64,000 nucleotides of DNA, taken from positions 1-64,000 of the IMG/VR virus record IMGVR_UViG_3300022748_000017; one strand, written 5' to 3'. The translations under genes were made by a program, and so were the position numbers. Positions 28,031-36,682 of the stretch are shown one piece after another (the first letter of the stretch is position 1; every line of letters begins with the position of its first letter). Under the pieces are notes generated by a model. That model was given only the letters and a program-made list of their open reading frames with translations, made no database searches and was not told the origin of the DNA. Origin of the DNA: a virus.

Positions 28031-28428
28031 TACTTCAGACGCTTTAGCTTGAAGATGGTATGGCGGCACAGTTCTGCGATGCTGTCCACAAGGTTCTGGA
28101 CTTCGCTGTCCTGCGGGAAGCCGGGTTGTGTACGCAACGTCTTAACTTGCGTCTGAATGTGCTGCACCAATTCCAGAGGATTTTCCCCCAGAAAAAGTGC
28201 CTCTTTTTTCAAAATTATTTTTGACTCATCTTGGACGATGGCTTCGATCACGCTGTCTGTCAGTTCTGGAAGTTCAGAATAGAACGTACCCATTGCTTCA
28301 TGGGCAGCAAACGAGCCGGGTCCAAGGGTGTTCCAGTGCTGGATGTGTGCGGTAGCTGCGCCAAGCACCAGCATGGATGCAAACTGGCTGACCACATCGG
28401 TCTGTGCTTCTTTGATGGTGAATTTCAT
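28030..28428 (-). CDS. Ferritin/Dps-like four-helix protein
   Basis: HIQHWNT.G..FAAHEA...Y...D..IE; C-terminal helix. Confidence 0.6.
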   Translation of the reverse strand: MKFTIKEAQTDVVSQFASMLVLGAATAHIQHWNTLGPGSFAAHEAMGTFYSELPELTDSVIEAIVQDESKIILKKEALFLGENPLELVQHIQTQVKTLRTQPGFPQDSEVQNLVDSIAELCRHTIFKLKRLK

Positions 28429-28457
28429 GGCGGTTCCTTTTGGCATATTCTACCTTT

Positions 28458-28919
28458 TTAGGATATTTCCAACACATCATGTCCACCACTACGGATGTAA
28501 TCGTGGGTTTTTTGTATATAACGCTCGAATTCTGACCGTGAAATGCTTGATTGCTGAAGGTCAGCATATTCCATGAGTTCGCGGATGGCTTGGATTCCTT
28601 TGCCATCCAGACCAATCTTTTGCGTCTTTTCATAGCGCAATGCGGCTTTATGCAAGGCATCATGGACTTCTTTGCATACGGGCAGTACTTCCGGTCCAAC
28701 ACCCTGTTTTCCCATCATTTCAGCTACGTTAAGCAGGTCACATAGTATTTGCCAATCATTGACGTTGCCATGCCCTTTAGTCACAGCTTCTAATGCGGCA
28801 AGTTCACGGAATCGCAACCGATCAAGAACGTCACGGGTTGTGATAGCTGCCCCTGCTATGGCATGAGCAACTGGATTTGTCTGGGTTGACCAGATTTTTC
28901 TGCGGCATTGCTTTCTCAT
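28458..28919 (-). CDS. Hypothetical phage protein
   Basis: ORF in operon with ATGA coupling. Confidence 0.65.
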   Translation of the reverse strand: MRKQCRRKIWSTQTNPVAHAIAGAAITTRDVLDRLRFRELAALEAVTKGHGNVNDWQILCDLLNVAEMMGKQGVGPEVLPVCKEVHDALHKAALRYEKTQKIGLDGKGIQAIRELMEYADLQQSSISRSEFERYIQKTHDYIRSGGHDVLEIS

Positions 28920-29497
28920 GTGTTCTTTTCCTTGAGTTTGGCTTCAATGATTTCCGCCCACTGCTTTACGGTATCAAACACCCATGTCTGCTTGCACAGT
29001 GGTCGGATGTCATCCTCCGTCAGCCCAACCCATTGCCGCTGTGCTGCGGGTGGGGTGTTGAACGATGCGGCATCCTCAAACATGCAGCGCAGGTCTGTCG
29101 GTGTTCCTTGAATGTCGTGGCGCTCTGCCCACACCTCAATTTCAGCATCGCTTACAGGCTCCTGCACAGGTGCTGCGGGTGGGGTGATGCGAGGACATTT
29201 CAAGCATTTGCCCCCGGGCCAACTGCCACAAATACAAGGGCCAACAACATCGCCTTCCGGGTACGCCACAGGCTCATCGGCTGGCTTCCGCTCAAGGGAA
29301 GCTATTAAACCAAGAGCGGCTCTTAATTGGTCTACCTCGTTACTCAATTTCAGTCGATCATCGTGATAGACAAGAATCTCGTTGTGCAATCGCCGTAATT
29401 CGGTGGCGGCGGCGCTACAAGTCAGATTGTCTAATGAATAACGAATAAGTGGATCGATTTCATCTGCCAGTCGCAAGGCTGTTGGTCTTGTGGTCAT
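28916..29497 (-). CDS. Modular Ea22/EaA-like protein
   Basis: ALRLAD, AATELRRLH, QEPV linkers, QWVGLT..I...IEAKLKEKN. Confidence 0.6.
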   Translation of the reverse strand: MTTRPTALRLADEIDPLIRYSLDNLTCSAAATELRRLHNEILVYHDDRLKLSNEVDQLRAALGLIASLERKPADEPVAYPEGDVVGPCICGSWPGGKCLKCPRITPPAAPVQEPVSDAEIEVWAERHDIQGTPTDLRCMFEDAASFNTPPAAQRQWVGLTEDDIRPLCKQTWVFDTVKQWAEIIEAKLKEKNT

Positions 29498-29847
29498 CAG
29501 TGGTTCCTCATAAATTCACGCACGATGTTTCGCGCCGCTTCATCTCGTTCAAAAGAATCGTTTGGGTCAAACTTTTTAGGCTCCTGCACAGGTGCTGCGG
29601 GTGGGGTGGTTTCTGCCTCTTGAATAATTCCGTAGTGGTCTTGGTCTTCAACCTGCATCACTTCCCAGTCCTCAAGTTTTCGTTCACTTACCCAATGTCC
29701 GGCTGGATGTTTACGCATCAACCATTTGTAGTGCCGTGCATTGAAATCCATGCAAGCGGCATAAACAAGTTGTCCGTTTACTTGTTGAAGCGGAATAAAA
29801 CCTTTCGGCAGGTCATCAGTTGCCACCGGCTCCTGCACAGGTGCTGC
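29156..29847. repeat. Dispersed direct repeats encoding PPAAPVQEP linkers
   Basis: 31-bp identity 29156-29186 vs 29578-29608; 20 bp at 29828-29847; 17 bp at 29041-29057. Confidence 0.85.
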
Positions 29848-30153
29848 CAGTGGCTTAGCCACGTTGGGTGGGGTAATGTAGAGGGGAATGCAGTGTTCGC
29901 ACTCTTTGTATTTGCTGGTCTCCCACACAGTTTTGTCCAGTGAGTTACAAGCCCACATAAACGGCTCCTGCTTCTCTGCCTGCTCAATGGCGGTGCGGAG
30001 GGTGTTAAAGGCCTTTTCATTCATAGCCAACACATCTTGGTAACGAGACATCTCGCGTTCATTGTTCGGTTCGCAGTCGTGCCAGTTGAATAGAAAGTCG
30101 CCACTGTTTGCGATAGCCTCCAGCGCCTGCTTCATTGCTTCGATGTAGTTCAT
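29497..30153 (-). CDS. Modular Ea22/EaA-like protein
   Basis: MKQALEA...LRTAIEQAEKQEP..PLY and two PAAPVQEP-type linkers. Confidence 0.6.
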   Translation of the reverse strand: MNYIEAMKQALEAIANSGDFLFNWHDCEPNNEREMSRYQDVLAMNEKAFNTLRTAIEQAEKQEPFMWACNSLDKTVWETSKYKECEHCIPLYITPPNVAKPLAAPVQEPVATDDLPKGFIPLQQVNGQLVYAACMDFNARHYKWLMRKHPAGHWVSERKLEDWEVMQVEDQDHYGIIQEAETTPPAAPVQEPKKFDPNDSFERDEAARNIVREFMRNH

Positions 30154-30386
30154 GTATTTCTCCCAAAATTTTGTTGTGCAAACTCTCTTACGATGTCTCG
30201 AATGTCACACATGGCTTGCACTTGCATCCAGTTGGCTTCTTCTATTGTGCGAACATGGTTTTCGTAATTCTTTTGGCGAATCAACTCGGCCTCAATAGGG
30301 GCAACTTGAATCGCGCCCTTGGCTCTTACACGTTGCCGCATTACTTCCATGCGGTGCATTGCAATTGCTTTTTTGATATGTGTCAT
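30150..30386 (-). CDS. Hypothetical protein
   Basis: ATGA-coupled ORF MTHIKK. Confidence 0.55.
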   Translation of the reverse strand: MTHIKKAIAMHRMEVMRQRVRAKGAIQVAPIEAELIRQKNYENHVRTIEEANWMQVQAMCDIRDIVREFAQQNFGRNT

Positions 30387-30724
30387 GCTTGCCCCCTTGC
30401 TCGGATGGTTTTCTCGCATATGAGCGCGGCTTCCATTTCATCGCCGCAGTACATACTTTTAAATTCAAGAGCAATCTTGACGCACACCTTTGCACACGCC
30501 TCACGCTCGGCCTCAACAGCCTCACGCATTGCCACACAAGCAGCCTTTGTGCAGGTCGGGCCACATGAGTGAACGTCCCATGTGTATTTCGCGGCTTCAT
30601 CAGCACGAACAAGGACAACAAGGCGTTCAAGTTCTTCCTGAGTTATCGTCCAAAAATCGTTTTGCCATGCGTCCACTTTGTCTTTGTCGCAAGCCTCAAG
30701 CATCATGTCTATGGTGTTTCTCAT
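30383..30724 (-). CDS. Hypothetical phage protein
   Basis: EREACAKVC...IRARG motif typical of small phage accessory proteins. Confidence 0.65.
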   Translation of the reverse strand: MRNTIDMMLEACDKDKVDAWQNDFWTITQEELERLVVLVRADEAAKYTWDVHSCGPTCTKAACVAMREAVEAEREACAKVCVKIALEFKSMYCGDEMEAALICEKTIRARGQA

Positions 30725-31431
30725 ACTGTCTCCTTGATTGCGTAGTCATGGAATATCAAGCCCTTGGTTGCATCGCCAACCTTATGCGCCTTGACCCATA
30801 CGTTTTTTCCTGTCTTCAGCCTTCTCAAATGGCCTCTGCGCTCATGAAGTCGTGGTGATGCGTGTGTACCACCTTTATCGTCTGATCGGGGCTTTGCTGG
30901 CTCAATCCACACTGTTGTCCAGTCGTATGTCGGCAACTTGCCTTGTTGAATTTTGCGCCGATTGGTAAACGTGTCACGCACAGATGGCACATATGCTTCA
31001 ATGCGTCTGTCCATTGCCCCGTACCATGCTCCAAGTTGCGCCAACATCAGTTCGGCAAGTTCTTTTTCAACTGGCTCATCATCGTTGACTGCGCCATATC
31101 GGATGTTGTCATCTTCAATGAAATAAAACATTGCAGGGATAGGGTAAAGCCTTGTTCCTGATGGCCCCTTCCACATACAAACCGTGATGCCTTCTTCCGG
31201 GTCTATTCCAGCCACAAGCATCAACACCTCGTAACTTGGGTGATGGCGTGTTTTCCCTTGCCAAGTAACAAAGCATTTGTCAAAAGGCGGTCGGTGCGTC
31301 ATTACCGGGTCAAGGTCGGCTTTTTGTGAATCGCTGAATGCCCCAGTCATGTCAAACCATTTGATGTCCACCAAATCAACGCCAGCATCATCCATCAGTT
31401 TCATTGATGAGCGCACAAGTTGAGTGGTCAT
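30721..31431 (-). CDS. Hypothetical phage protein
   Basis: GTHASPRLHERRGH motif; start reassigned to MTTQ by coupling. Confidence 0.65.
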   Translation of the reverse strand: MTTQLVRSSMKLMDDAGVDLVDIKWFDMTGAFSDSQKADLDPVMTHRPPFDKCFVTWQGKTRHHPSYEVLMLVAGIDPEEGITVCMWKGPSGTRLYPIPAMFYFIEDDNIRYGAVNDDEPVEKELAELMLAQLGAWYGAMDRRIEAYVPSVRDTFTNRRKIQQGKLPTYDWTTVWIEPAKPRSDDKGGTHASPRLHERRGHLRRLKTGKNVWVKAHKVGDATKGLIFHDYAIKETV

Positions 31432-31776
31432 ACCAGCCAACTCCTCACTGCCATCATCGTGACGATGAAGCATACAAACGTCAAAAGAATCCACAACAAA
31501 ACGTCTTCGTTCTTCATTTGTTCACCTCGCACATTTCCCAACCTGTCCAAAAGTAAATCCAGCGGGTTTGCAATGATGGAACAATGTACCGACCACTTTT
31601 TGTCTCAAAGTTGTCATAGCCCTTGGTACGCATCAGAGCCTCAAATACTTTTCTAGCCTGTGTCATAGCAATGCTTCCTCTGCTTGTTGAAGTTGTTTAC
31701 GCTTGTATGCGGCTTCTTGTTGTGGTGTCCAAGGGATTGGACCGGATGGTGGGGGGAAGGGCCAGTTATGTGCCAT
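31428..31776 (-). CDS. Three coupled micro-ORFs (31663-31776, 31514-31666, 31428-31517)
   Basis: 37, 50 and 29 aa ORFs linked by ATGA overlaps; the last is hydrophobic. Confidence 0.5.
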
Positions 31777-32020
31777 GAGTACCCCAATCAGGCATGGATT
31801 CTTTTTTGGTCAAGCTATTGAGTTGCGGCAGCAATTCATCCAACTCAAATACGCCAAACTTGCTGCGGCAATAAGCGCCCCAGAACCATGTTGCCTCTTC
31901 CCAATAGCATTGACGGAACAGGCGGTCACGCACAAATGCGCCGGGGCTGTTGGGCATATACAGAGGAAGCGGATTGTCCAGTTCTTCCTGCATTGCTGCT
32001 CGGATTGCTTCGTAGTTCAT
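31766..32020 (-). CDS. Hypothetical protein
   Basis: ORF within operon. Confidence 0.55.
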   Translation of the reverse strand: MNYEAIRAAMQEELDNPLPLYMPNSPGAFVRDRLFRQCYWEEATWFWGAYCRSKFGVFELDELLPQLNSLTKKESMPDWGTHGT

Positions 32021-32289
32021 AACGTCACCTGCACCACACGAATTTCCCCGCTGCGTTCACGCAAACCTGCTCGTCCAGCATCTATTGCATCTTCTCTTGT
32101 TGGAAATAATGGATAAGGACACCGAAAGGAATTTCTTTGTGAATTGTCAAAATTTCCATATGCCTGATTGAAATATTCAGACGGCGCAAATCTGTACCAA
32201 GCCATCCATCCTTGGGGCCGCGCTTCTGTAATGATTACTTCAGCGGCTTTTGATGAGATGCCTTCGCTGACAACAATTTCATCTTTCAT
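32017..32289 (-). CDS. Hypothetical protein
   Basis: ORF within operon. Confidence 0.55.
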   Translation of the reverse strand: MKDEIVVSEGISSKAAEVIITEARPQGWMAWYRFAPSEYFNQAYGNFDNSQRNSFRCPYPLFPTREDAIDAGRAGLRERSGEIRVVQVTL

Positions 32290-32572
32290 TGTTTTTTCCT
32301 ATCTTGTTTAGTGTCCACTCAAGCAGTTCTTGCTGAGTGATGTCATAGTACTTCACAAACCCCTTGGTTCCCAATCCGTGAATACCCTTATTGCCACGGT
32401 GATGTTCATAGCATAAACCCATCAAAGTTTTGTAATCCCCTTTGCCCCATCCCCCTGCTCTAAGATGATGCAACTCAACTGGAGCCGGGTCATGTGGCCC
32501 ATAAAGATGATGGCAAAGGCAACAACCCAAAGCGGCAACTTTGGCTTTGTGTTCTTTTTCTTGTTTAGTCAT
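32279..32572 (-). CDS. Ref-like/HNH-type zinc nuclease
   Basis: LGCCLC...ELHH...LCYEHHRG..GIH. Confidence 0.65.
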   Translation of the reverse strand: MTKQEKEHKAKVAALGCCLCHHLYGPHDPAPVELHHLRAGGWGKGDYKTLMGLCYEHHRGNKGIHGLGTKGFVKYYDITQQELLEWTLNKIGKNNER

Positions 32573-32876
32573 CTTTTATGGTTACACCGTTTGTAGCCGC
32601 CCAATAGAGCAACCATTCGGTAAAGCTGATTGCTTGTTCTTTTGTGAATCGTCTGCTTTGCAATCCAAGCTGGACAACTCTTAAGCCATCAATACTTGGC
32701 ACAACTTTACTTACGCTGTCGGTTTCGCCATTCTCATGCGCCCATTGGTCAATCAAGAATCGCTTAAAACTTTCAGCAGACCAACGTGATCCATGAATTC
32801 TTGCTTGTGCGGCAATTTGAGCAATGATGGAGTGCATCAACTTGTTCTGTTGATTTGTTCTCATATCTGGTTTCAC
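32565..32876 (-). CDS. NinB-like recombination protein
   Basis: RTNQQNKLMH..IAQ...S..FT...FTEWL. Confidence 0.65.
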   Translation of the reverse strand: MKPDMRTNQQNKLMHSIIAQIAAQARIHGSRWSAESFKRFLIDQWAHENGETDSVSKVVPSIDGLRVVQLGLQSRRFTKEQAISFTEWLLYWAATNGVTIKDD

Positions 32877-33139
32877 TTAGCCACCCCAATCATGCGTAAA
32901 GCCCCTTCAACGTCATTTATGCGGCACAACGTACCTCCGGTCCAATTTCCGAAAAAGTCTTGCTGTAGGCGCGTTAAAGGCTTTTTAGGGCCATTTTTTA
33001 TCTCAACCAAAAATGTGTGGTTGTTGTAGCCGACCAAAAGGTCAACAGGTAGGCCAATAACCCATACATAAGCGCCAGCAGCCCGGAGTGCGCTGACGAT
33101 CTGTTCTTGATTGGCATCCACCTTTGCGGCATATCTCAT
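32873..33139 (-). CDS. VRR-NUC/PD-(D/E)XK nuclease
   Basis: KVDANQ..IV.ALR..G, VDLLVG, LVEIK, LT..Q..F. Confidence 0.7.
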   Translation of the reverse strand: MRYAAKVDANQEQIVSALRAAGAYVWVIGLPVDLLVGYNNHTFLVEIKNGPKKPLTRLQQDFFGNWTGGTLCRINDVEGALRMIGVAK

Positions 33140-33348
33140 AGCAGTTCGCCTTTCCTCATCATGTCCATGTAGTTTCGTATCCGTTGCACACAGCCGCTTC
33201 CATATCGCTTTTCTAAGTATTCAATCCGTTCTCGGGTAAGCACTCGCTGTTGAGTTGTCTCCCAAGTACGAAAAAGAATCCGAGCCTCACCTTGCTCAAG
33301 GATTACTCGGTCACTTTCGTTCGATATGGTCTTGCGGCTGTATGTCAT
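33136..33348 (-). CDS. Hypothetical protein
   Basis: ATGA-coupled ORF MTYSRK. Confidence 0.55.
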   Translation of the reverse strand: MTYSRKTISNESDRVILEQGEARILFRTWETTQQRVLTRERIEYLEKRYGSGCVQRIRNYMDMMRKGELL

Positions 33349-33512
33349 GGAAGCGCCCATGCTTTCCTGTTTTCCACAATCTTGCCTTCCCGTGAGCAGT
33401 AAGCAAGGGTGTAGTGGATTTCACGGTCAGTCCAACCTGTAATTTCCCGCAGTTCTTGGCGAGTTAGGGGGCCATGTTCCAGCAACTTCTGGAGTGCGTA
33501 TGTTTTGGTCAT
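33345..33512 (-). CDS. Small winged-helix DNA-binding protein (55 aa)
   Basis: LLEHGPLTRQELREITGW; coupled at both ends. Confidence 0.55.
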   Translation of the reverse strand: MTKTYALQKLLEHGPLTRQELREITGWTDREIHYTLAYCSREGKIVENRKAWALP

Positions 33513-34324
33513 GCTGTCTTCCTCAAAACTTGGTTAATCTGCTGACGAATGTGGTCAGGCATTGGAGCCGCTTTTTGCAAATCTGCCTTAATTTTGAGCA
33601 ATGCAGGGTCAGGGCCAGTATTTGTCGGTGGAACTGTTGTCCGGGCAACGTCAGCAGCTATTTGGGCAAATGACTTGTTTTCCTTTAACTCAAATACATC
33701 TTGCCATCCACTTGTAATTGATTTCTCCAATATAGCGACCACATCTTGTCCTTGAGTTTTAAATTTTTGCAATTTTCCAACTATTAGCTTTTTAGCAAAG
33801 TCGGTTGCAGGTTTTTTAATTCGCTTTCGCATTTCTATGAAAGCATCCCAAGTCTCTGTAGGAATCCAATCTGGCAAAACAAAGGCAACATCAGTTGCCG
33901 CGCTCTCAGGCGCTTTCCTTTCCAGTTCCTTTCCTTTCCTTTCCTTTCCAGTAGGTAGTGGTTCAGTAGGACTACGGTAGTCATACTGTAAATTGCATAA
34001 GTCCTTGATTTTGCTAGCAGTTTTCTTGTTTATAACTTGATGTTTTTCAAAGTTGACAATCTTGCCATAAGTCTTTCCATCAAAGCCTGAATATACCTCT
34101 ATGTAACCTATCTCTGATAGCTCCCGTAGAAGTACGGTAGTAGTAAATGACAATGTTCTTAATGGAAAAATATCAGATTCAACCAACTTTGGATTGGCAT
34201 TGAAATATCCTTCATCATCGCAATGATTGAGAAGACCAATAGCCAATAAAGCCGCTTCAGGTGAAATTCCAGCAAGCAATTCGTCACGCCAAAATTCAGG
34301 CTTAATTGTTCTGATTCGTGCCAT
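33509..34324 (-). CDS. Replication initiator / replisome organiser (lambda O-like)
   Basis: MARIRTIKPEFW N-terminus, DDEG, NFEKHQ, LPDWI...WDAFIEMRK...SITSGWQ. Confidence 0.8.
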   Translation of the reverse strand: MARIRTIKPEFWRDELLAGISPEAALLAIGLLNHCDDEGYFNANPKLVESDIFPLRTLSFTTTVLLRELSEIGYIEVYSGFDGKTYGKIVNFEKHQVINKKTASKIKDLCNLQYDYRSPTEPLPTGKERKGKELERKAPESAATDVAFVLPDWIPTETWDAFIEMRKRIKKPATDFAKKLIVGKLQKFKTQGQDVVAILEKSITSGWQDVFELKENKSFAQIAADVARTTVPPTNTGPDPALLKIKADLQKAAPMPDHIRQQINQVLRKTA

Positions 34325-34691
34325 GAATTTTCTCCAAAAACATTTTTGTCAAATCATCTTTTGTTAAGACAGATAAAACATCAACAAGACAATCCATTTC
34401 ATATGAACCCCAATATCCCATCTTGACAAGTTCTAATACAACATTTGCTTTAGACGCATCAAGGGCTGTATGTTCATCAGAATGGCAATCAGCACAAAGA
34501 GTAATTATTGAGTCTTGATCGTAATCCCAAGGGCCTTCTGCAAAAGGATGATATTGAGGATGATGTGCATGAAGTGTTTTGTCTTTTGAACCACAATTCC
34601 TGCAAGTAAAGTTATCTCGTTCATAAACGCGCAAACGCATTTGTTGCCAACGAGGATCAAGCAATTTTTCAGAGTATGACTTTTTTGCCAT
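34302..34691 (-). CDS. HNH endonuclease
   Basis: DPRWQ..R..V.ERDNFTC..C...LHAHH...TLCADCH; GGAG RBS. Confidence 0.8.
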   Translation of the reverse strand: MAKKSYSEKLLDPRWQQMRLRVYERDNFTCRNCGSKDKTLHAHHPQYHPFAEGPWDYDQDSIITLCADCHSDEHTALDASKANVVLELVKMGYWGSYEMDCLVDVLSVLTKDDLTKMFLEKIHGTNQNN

Positions 34692-34704
34692 AAAAATCTC
34701 CAAT

Positions 34705-34810
34705 AAAAAACCCCTGAAAGCTGGTGGGACTAGCACCAAACCTTCAGGGGTCAGCCTGTGAAGGCTTAGATGTATTTGCGTCTAGTCCACGAAACATCTA
34801 AGCCTTCTAG
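34705..34810 (-). ncRNA. Candidate two-hairpin small RNA / leader with complementary loops
   Basis: 14-bp and ~16-bp stems, loops GGACUAG and CUAGUCC, U-tract after hairpin 2. Confidence 0.7.
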
Positions 34811-34814
34811 GAAA

Positions 34815-34843
34815 AGTATATCACTTCCTTGGCGGTTTGCCAA
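34815..34843 (-). promoter_or_regulatory. Sigma70-like promoter TTGGCA-17-TATACT with extended -10 TG
   Basis: Read directly on the minus strand, just upstream of the hairpins. Confidence 0.65.
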
Positions 34844-35033
34844 AGTAAATCTTGGTCTTGTTATCGTCCATCAACTTGAACGTGATGGTCCAGCCAGCTT
34901 CTTTCAGGTCACTGATCCTGCGGTGAGGGGTGACACTTGGAAGGTGTTTCACAATCTCCACACTGGTCACACCCTGCTTGCGTTGCATCAGCAGCTTGAG
35001 TTTGTCCAACTGCGTCATCTTCTTGGCTAACAT
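34821..35033 (-). CDS. Small HTH protein
   Basis: GVTSVEI...RRISDLKEAGWTI. Confidence 0.6.
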   Translation of the reverse strand: MLAKKMTQLDKLKLLMQRKQGVTSVEIVKHLPSVTPHRRISDLKEAGWTITFKLMDDNKTKIYFGKPPRK

Positions 35034-35128
35034 CTTTCTTTCCTTTCTTGCCGAAAATCCGGTCAAAGTTTGATGAGAAAACTTCACTGTTTACGCTAAA
35101 CGGCCTTGGAGCCGACCCTTTTCCACCA

Positions 35129-35593
35129 TCAGACACTTGGTTTTGCCCTGCTGTAAGTGTGGACGGAATCACCCGTAAATGCCGGGTTAGCTTTAATCTT
35201 GGTCTGCATCACAGCAAGTTCAGATTTGCTGAACAGCCCTTTGGCGGTGTTGCGCCAATCAAAAGCATTGCCATGCGACTTTTTCCAGCCTTCAGGCCAG
35301 TGCGATTCAATGACGATAGACTTTGTTTCCACAGGCTTAATGTCTTGGACATACTTAACCTTTGACTGATCTACCAGTTCGACAATAAAAATGTTGCGTA
35401 GGCGTTTGTTGTCATAGCCGCCCACACGCAATTCAATTACGCCATCAGCAATCAGCTTATTGCGGATAGCAGCAGCCGATACGTTGAATTTTTGATTGAC
35501 CATGTTTTGAATTCTCTTGTCGTTCTCGGGTCCGTTTTTCAGACGGTCCAAGTAATATGCAATTGCACGATTGTCTTCACTGATAAAAGTCAT
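35129..35593 (-). CDS. Hypothetical protein (possible wHTH N-terminus)
   Basis: ORF within the leftward operon. Confidence 0.55.
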   Translation of the reverse strand: MTFISEDNRAIAYYLDRLKNGPENDKRIQNMVNQKFNVSAAAIRNKLIADGVIELRVGGYDNKRLRNIFIVELVDQSKVKYVQDIKPVETKSIVIESHWPEGWKKSHGNAFDWRNTAKGLFSKSELAVMQTKIKANPAFTGDSVHTYSRAKPSV

Positions 35594-35759
35594 TGATGGA
35601 TACCTCTCGGTTGATGATGCGCTCGATGGCGCGGGTTAGGAGTGCCAGCATAGCCGCTTCAACGTCTTGTGGATGGTCAACATAGTGCTTGACTAGCGTA
35701 TACCCATAAGTCGTTAAAGCGTCTGCTGCATTGGCTTCGGCTTGGTCTGGAGTTGTCAT
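35577..35759 (-). CDS. Hypothetical protein, first gene of the leftward operon
   Basis: ORF adjacent to the divergent control region. Confidence 0.5.
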   Translation of the reverse strand: MTTPDQAEANAADALTTYGYTLVKHYVDHPQDVEAAMLALLTRAIERIINREVSINDFYQ

Positions 35760-35866
35760 GCCGACAAGCGTATCATGTCTAGCTTGACTTTTTTCTAGGT
35801 GTTTTCACCTATGCTTTTTTGTGGGAATCTGGTTTACAGTGGAGGCTCAACAAGACAGGAGTTCAC
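35760..35866. promoter_or_regulatory. Divergent control region with palindrome TAGGTG-TTTT-CACCTA (35796-35811)
   Basis: Strand switch point; perfect 6-4-6 inverted repeat. Confidence 0.6.
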
Positions 35867-36019
35867 ATGAACACGACACTTTTACGCAAAGCGAGGACGC
35901 TGTTCCTCAACTACAATGCCACCCCCGATGTGATTCGGCAATATCAATTGAAGTGGGCACGTTCTGTCCATCAGCTTGGTGCTAATTACCTGCTTGCTCA
36001 ACCAGTGGGACGCAAATAA
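35867..36019 (+). CDS. Small hypothetical protein
   Basis: AGGAG RBS; MNTTLLRKAR. Confidence 0.6.
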   Translation: MNTTLLRKARTLFLNYNATPDVIRQYQLKWARSVHQLGANYLLAQPVGRK

Positions 36020-36020
36020 C

Positions 36021-36170
36021 ATGGGCGCGATCATTGTGTTAGCTTGCTTTGCAGCTTGGTTTACCCACATCATTTATTGCTTCTCACACACGCTGTGGGG
36101 TTTTTTGATTGCTGGTGCTTTGTTTTTTCCAATCGGCATCTTTCATGGCGTTTGGGTTTGGTTCACATGA
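36021..36170 (+). CDS. Small two-TM membrane protein
   Basis: AAWFTHII...GALFFPIGIFHG. Confidence 0.6.
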   Translation: MGAIIVLACFAAWFTHIIYCFSHTLWGFLIAGALFFPIGIFHGVWVWFT

Positions 36171-36682
36171 CAGAAAAAACACATTACAGAAAAGCCTTTG
36201 ACTCTCCATATTTGTCAGCGGCTGACATTGTTGAGCCTACAACTTTGACAATCAAAGAAGTTAGGCTTCAACCCGACAAAACCAAAAAAACCAAAGACTT
36301 GTTTAACACAGCGTACTTTGCTGAACGCGAAATTCGTCAAGGCGAAAAACTCAAGCCAATGGTTTTGAATAGTACCAACAGCAAAACACTAAAACAATTA
36401 ACAGGTTCAGCTTTTATTGATGATTGGGCAAATGTGTCCATCACAGTTTATGTTGATCCTGCGGTGCGTTTTGGCAAAGAAACTGTTGAAGGTTTACGCA
36501 TCAGCCCAATTCCTCCAGACAAACGTAAGGTTGCCGTTAAGCAACAGATTACAGATGAACGTCTGGATGCTGCAATTGCAAAAATCAAAGCTGGTGAATA
36601 CACCACACTTCAGCTTAATGAAAGATTCATTCTGTCTGAAGAACAAGAAAAAAAACTACAAGAGGCTTTAGCAAATGATTAA
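36167..36682 (+). CDS. Putative recombination (SSAP-position) protein
   Basis: THYRKAFDSPYLSAADI; lies upstream of exonuclease and ssb. Confidence 0.5.
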   Translation: MTEKTHYRKAFDSPYLSAADIVEPTTLTIKEVRLQPDKTKKTKDLFNTAYFAEREIRQGEKLKPMVLNSTNSKTLKQLTGSAFIDDWANVSITVYVDPAVRFGKETVEGLRISPIPPDKRKVAVKQQITDERLDAAIAKIKAGEYTTLQLNERFILSEEQEKKLQEALAND

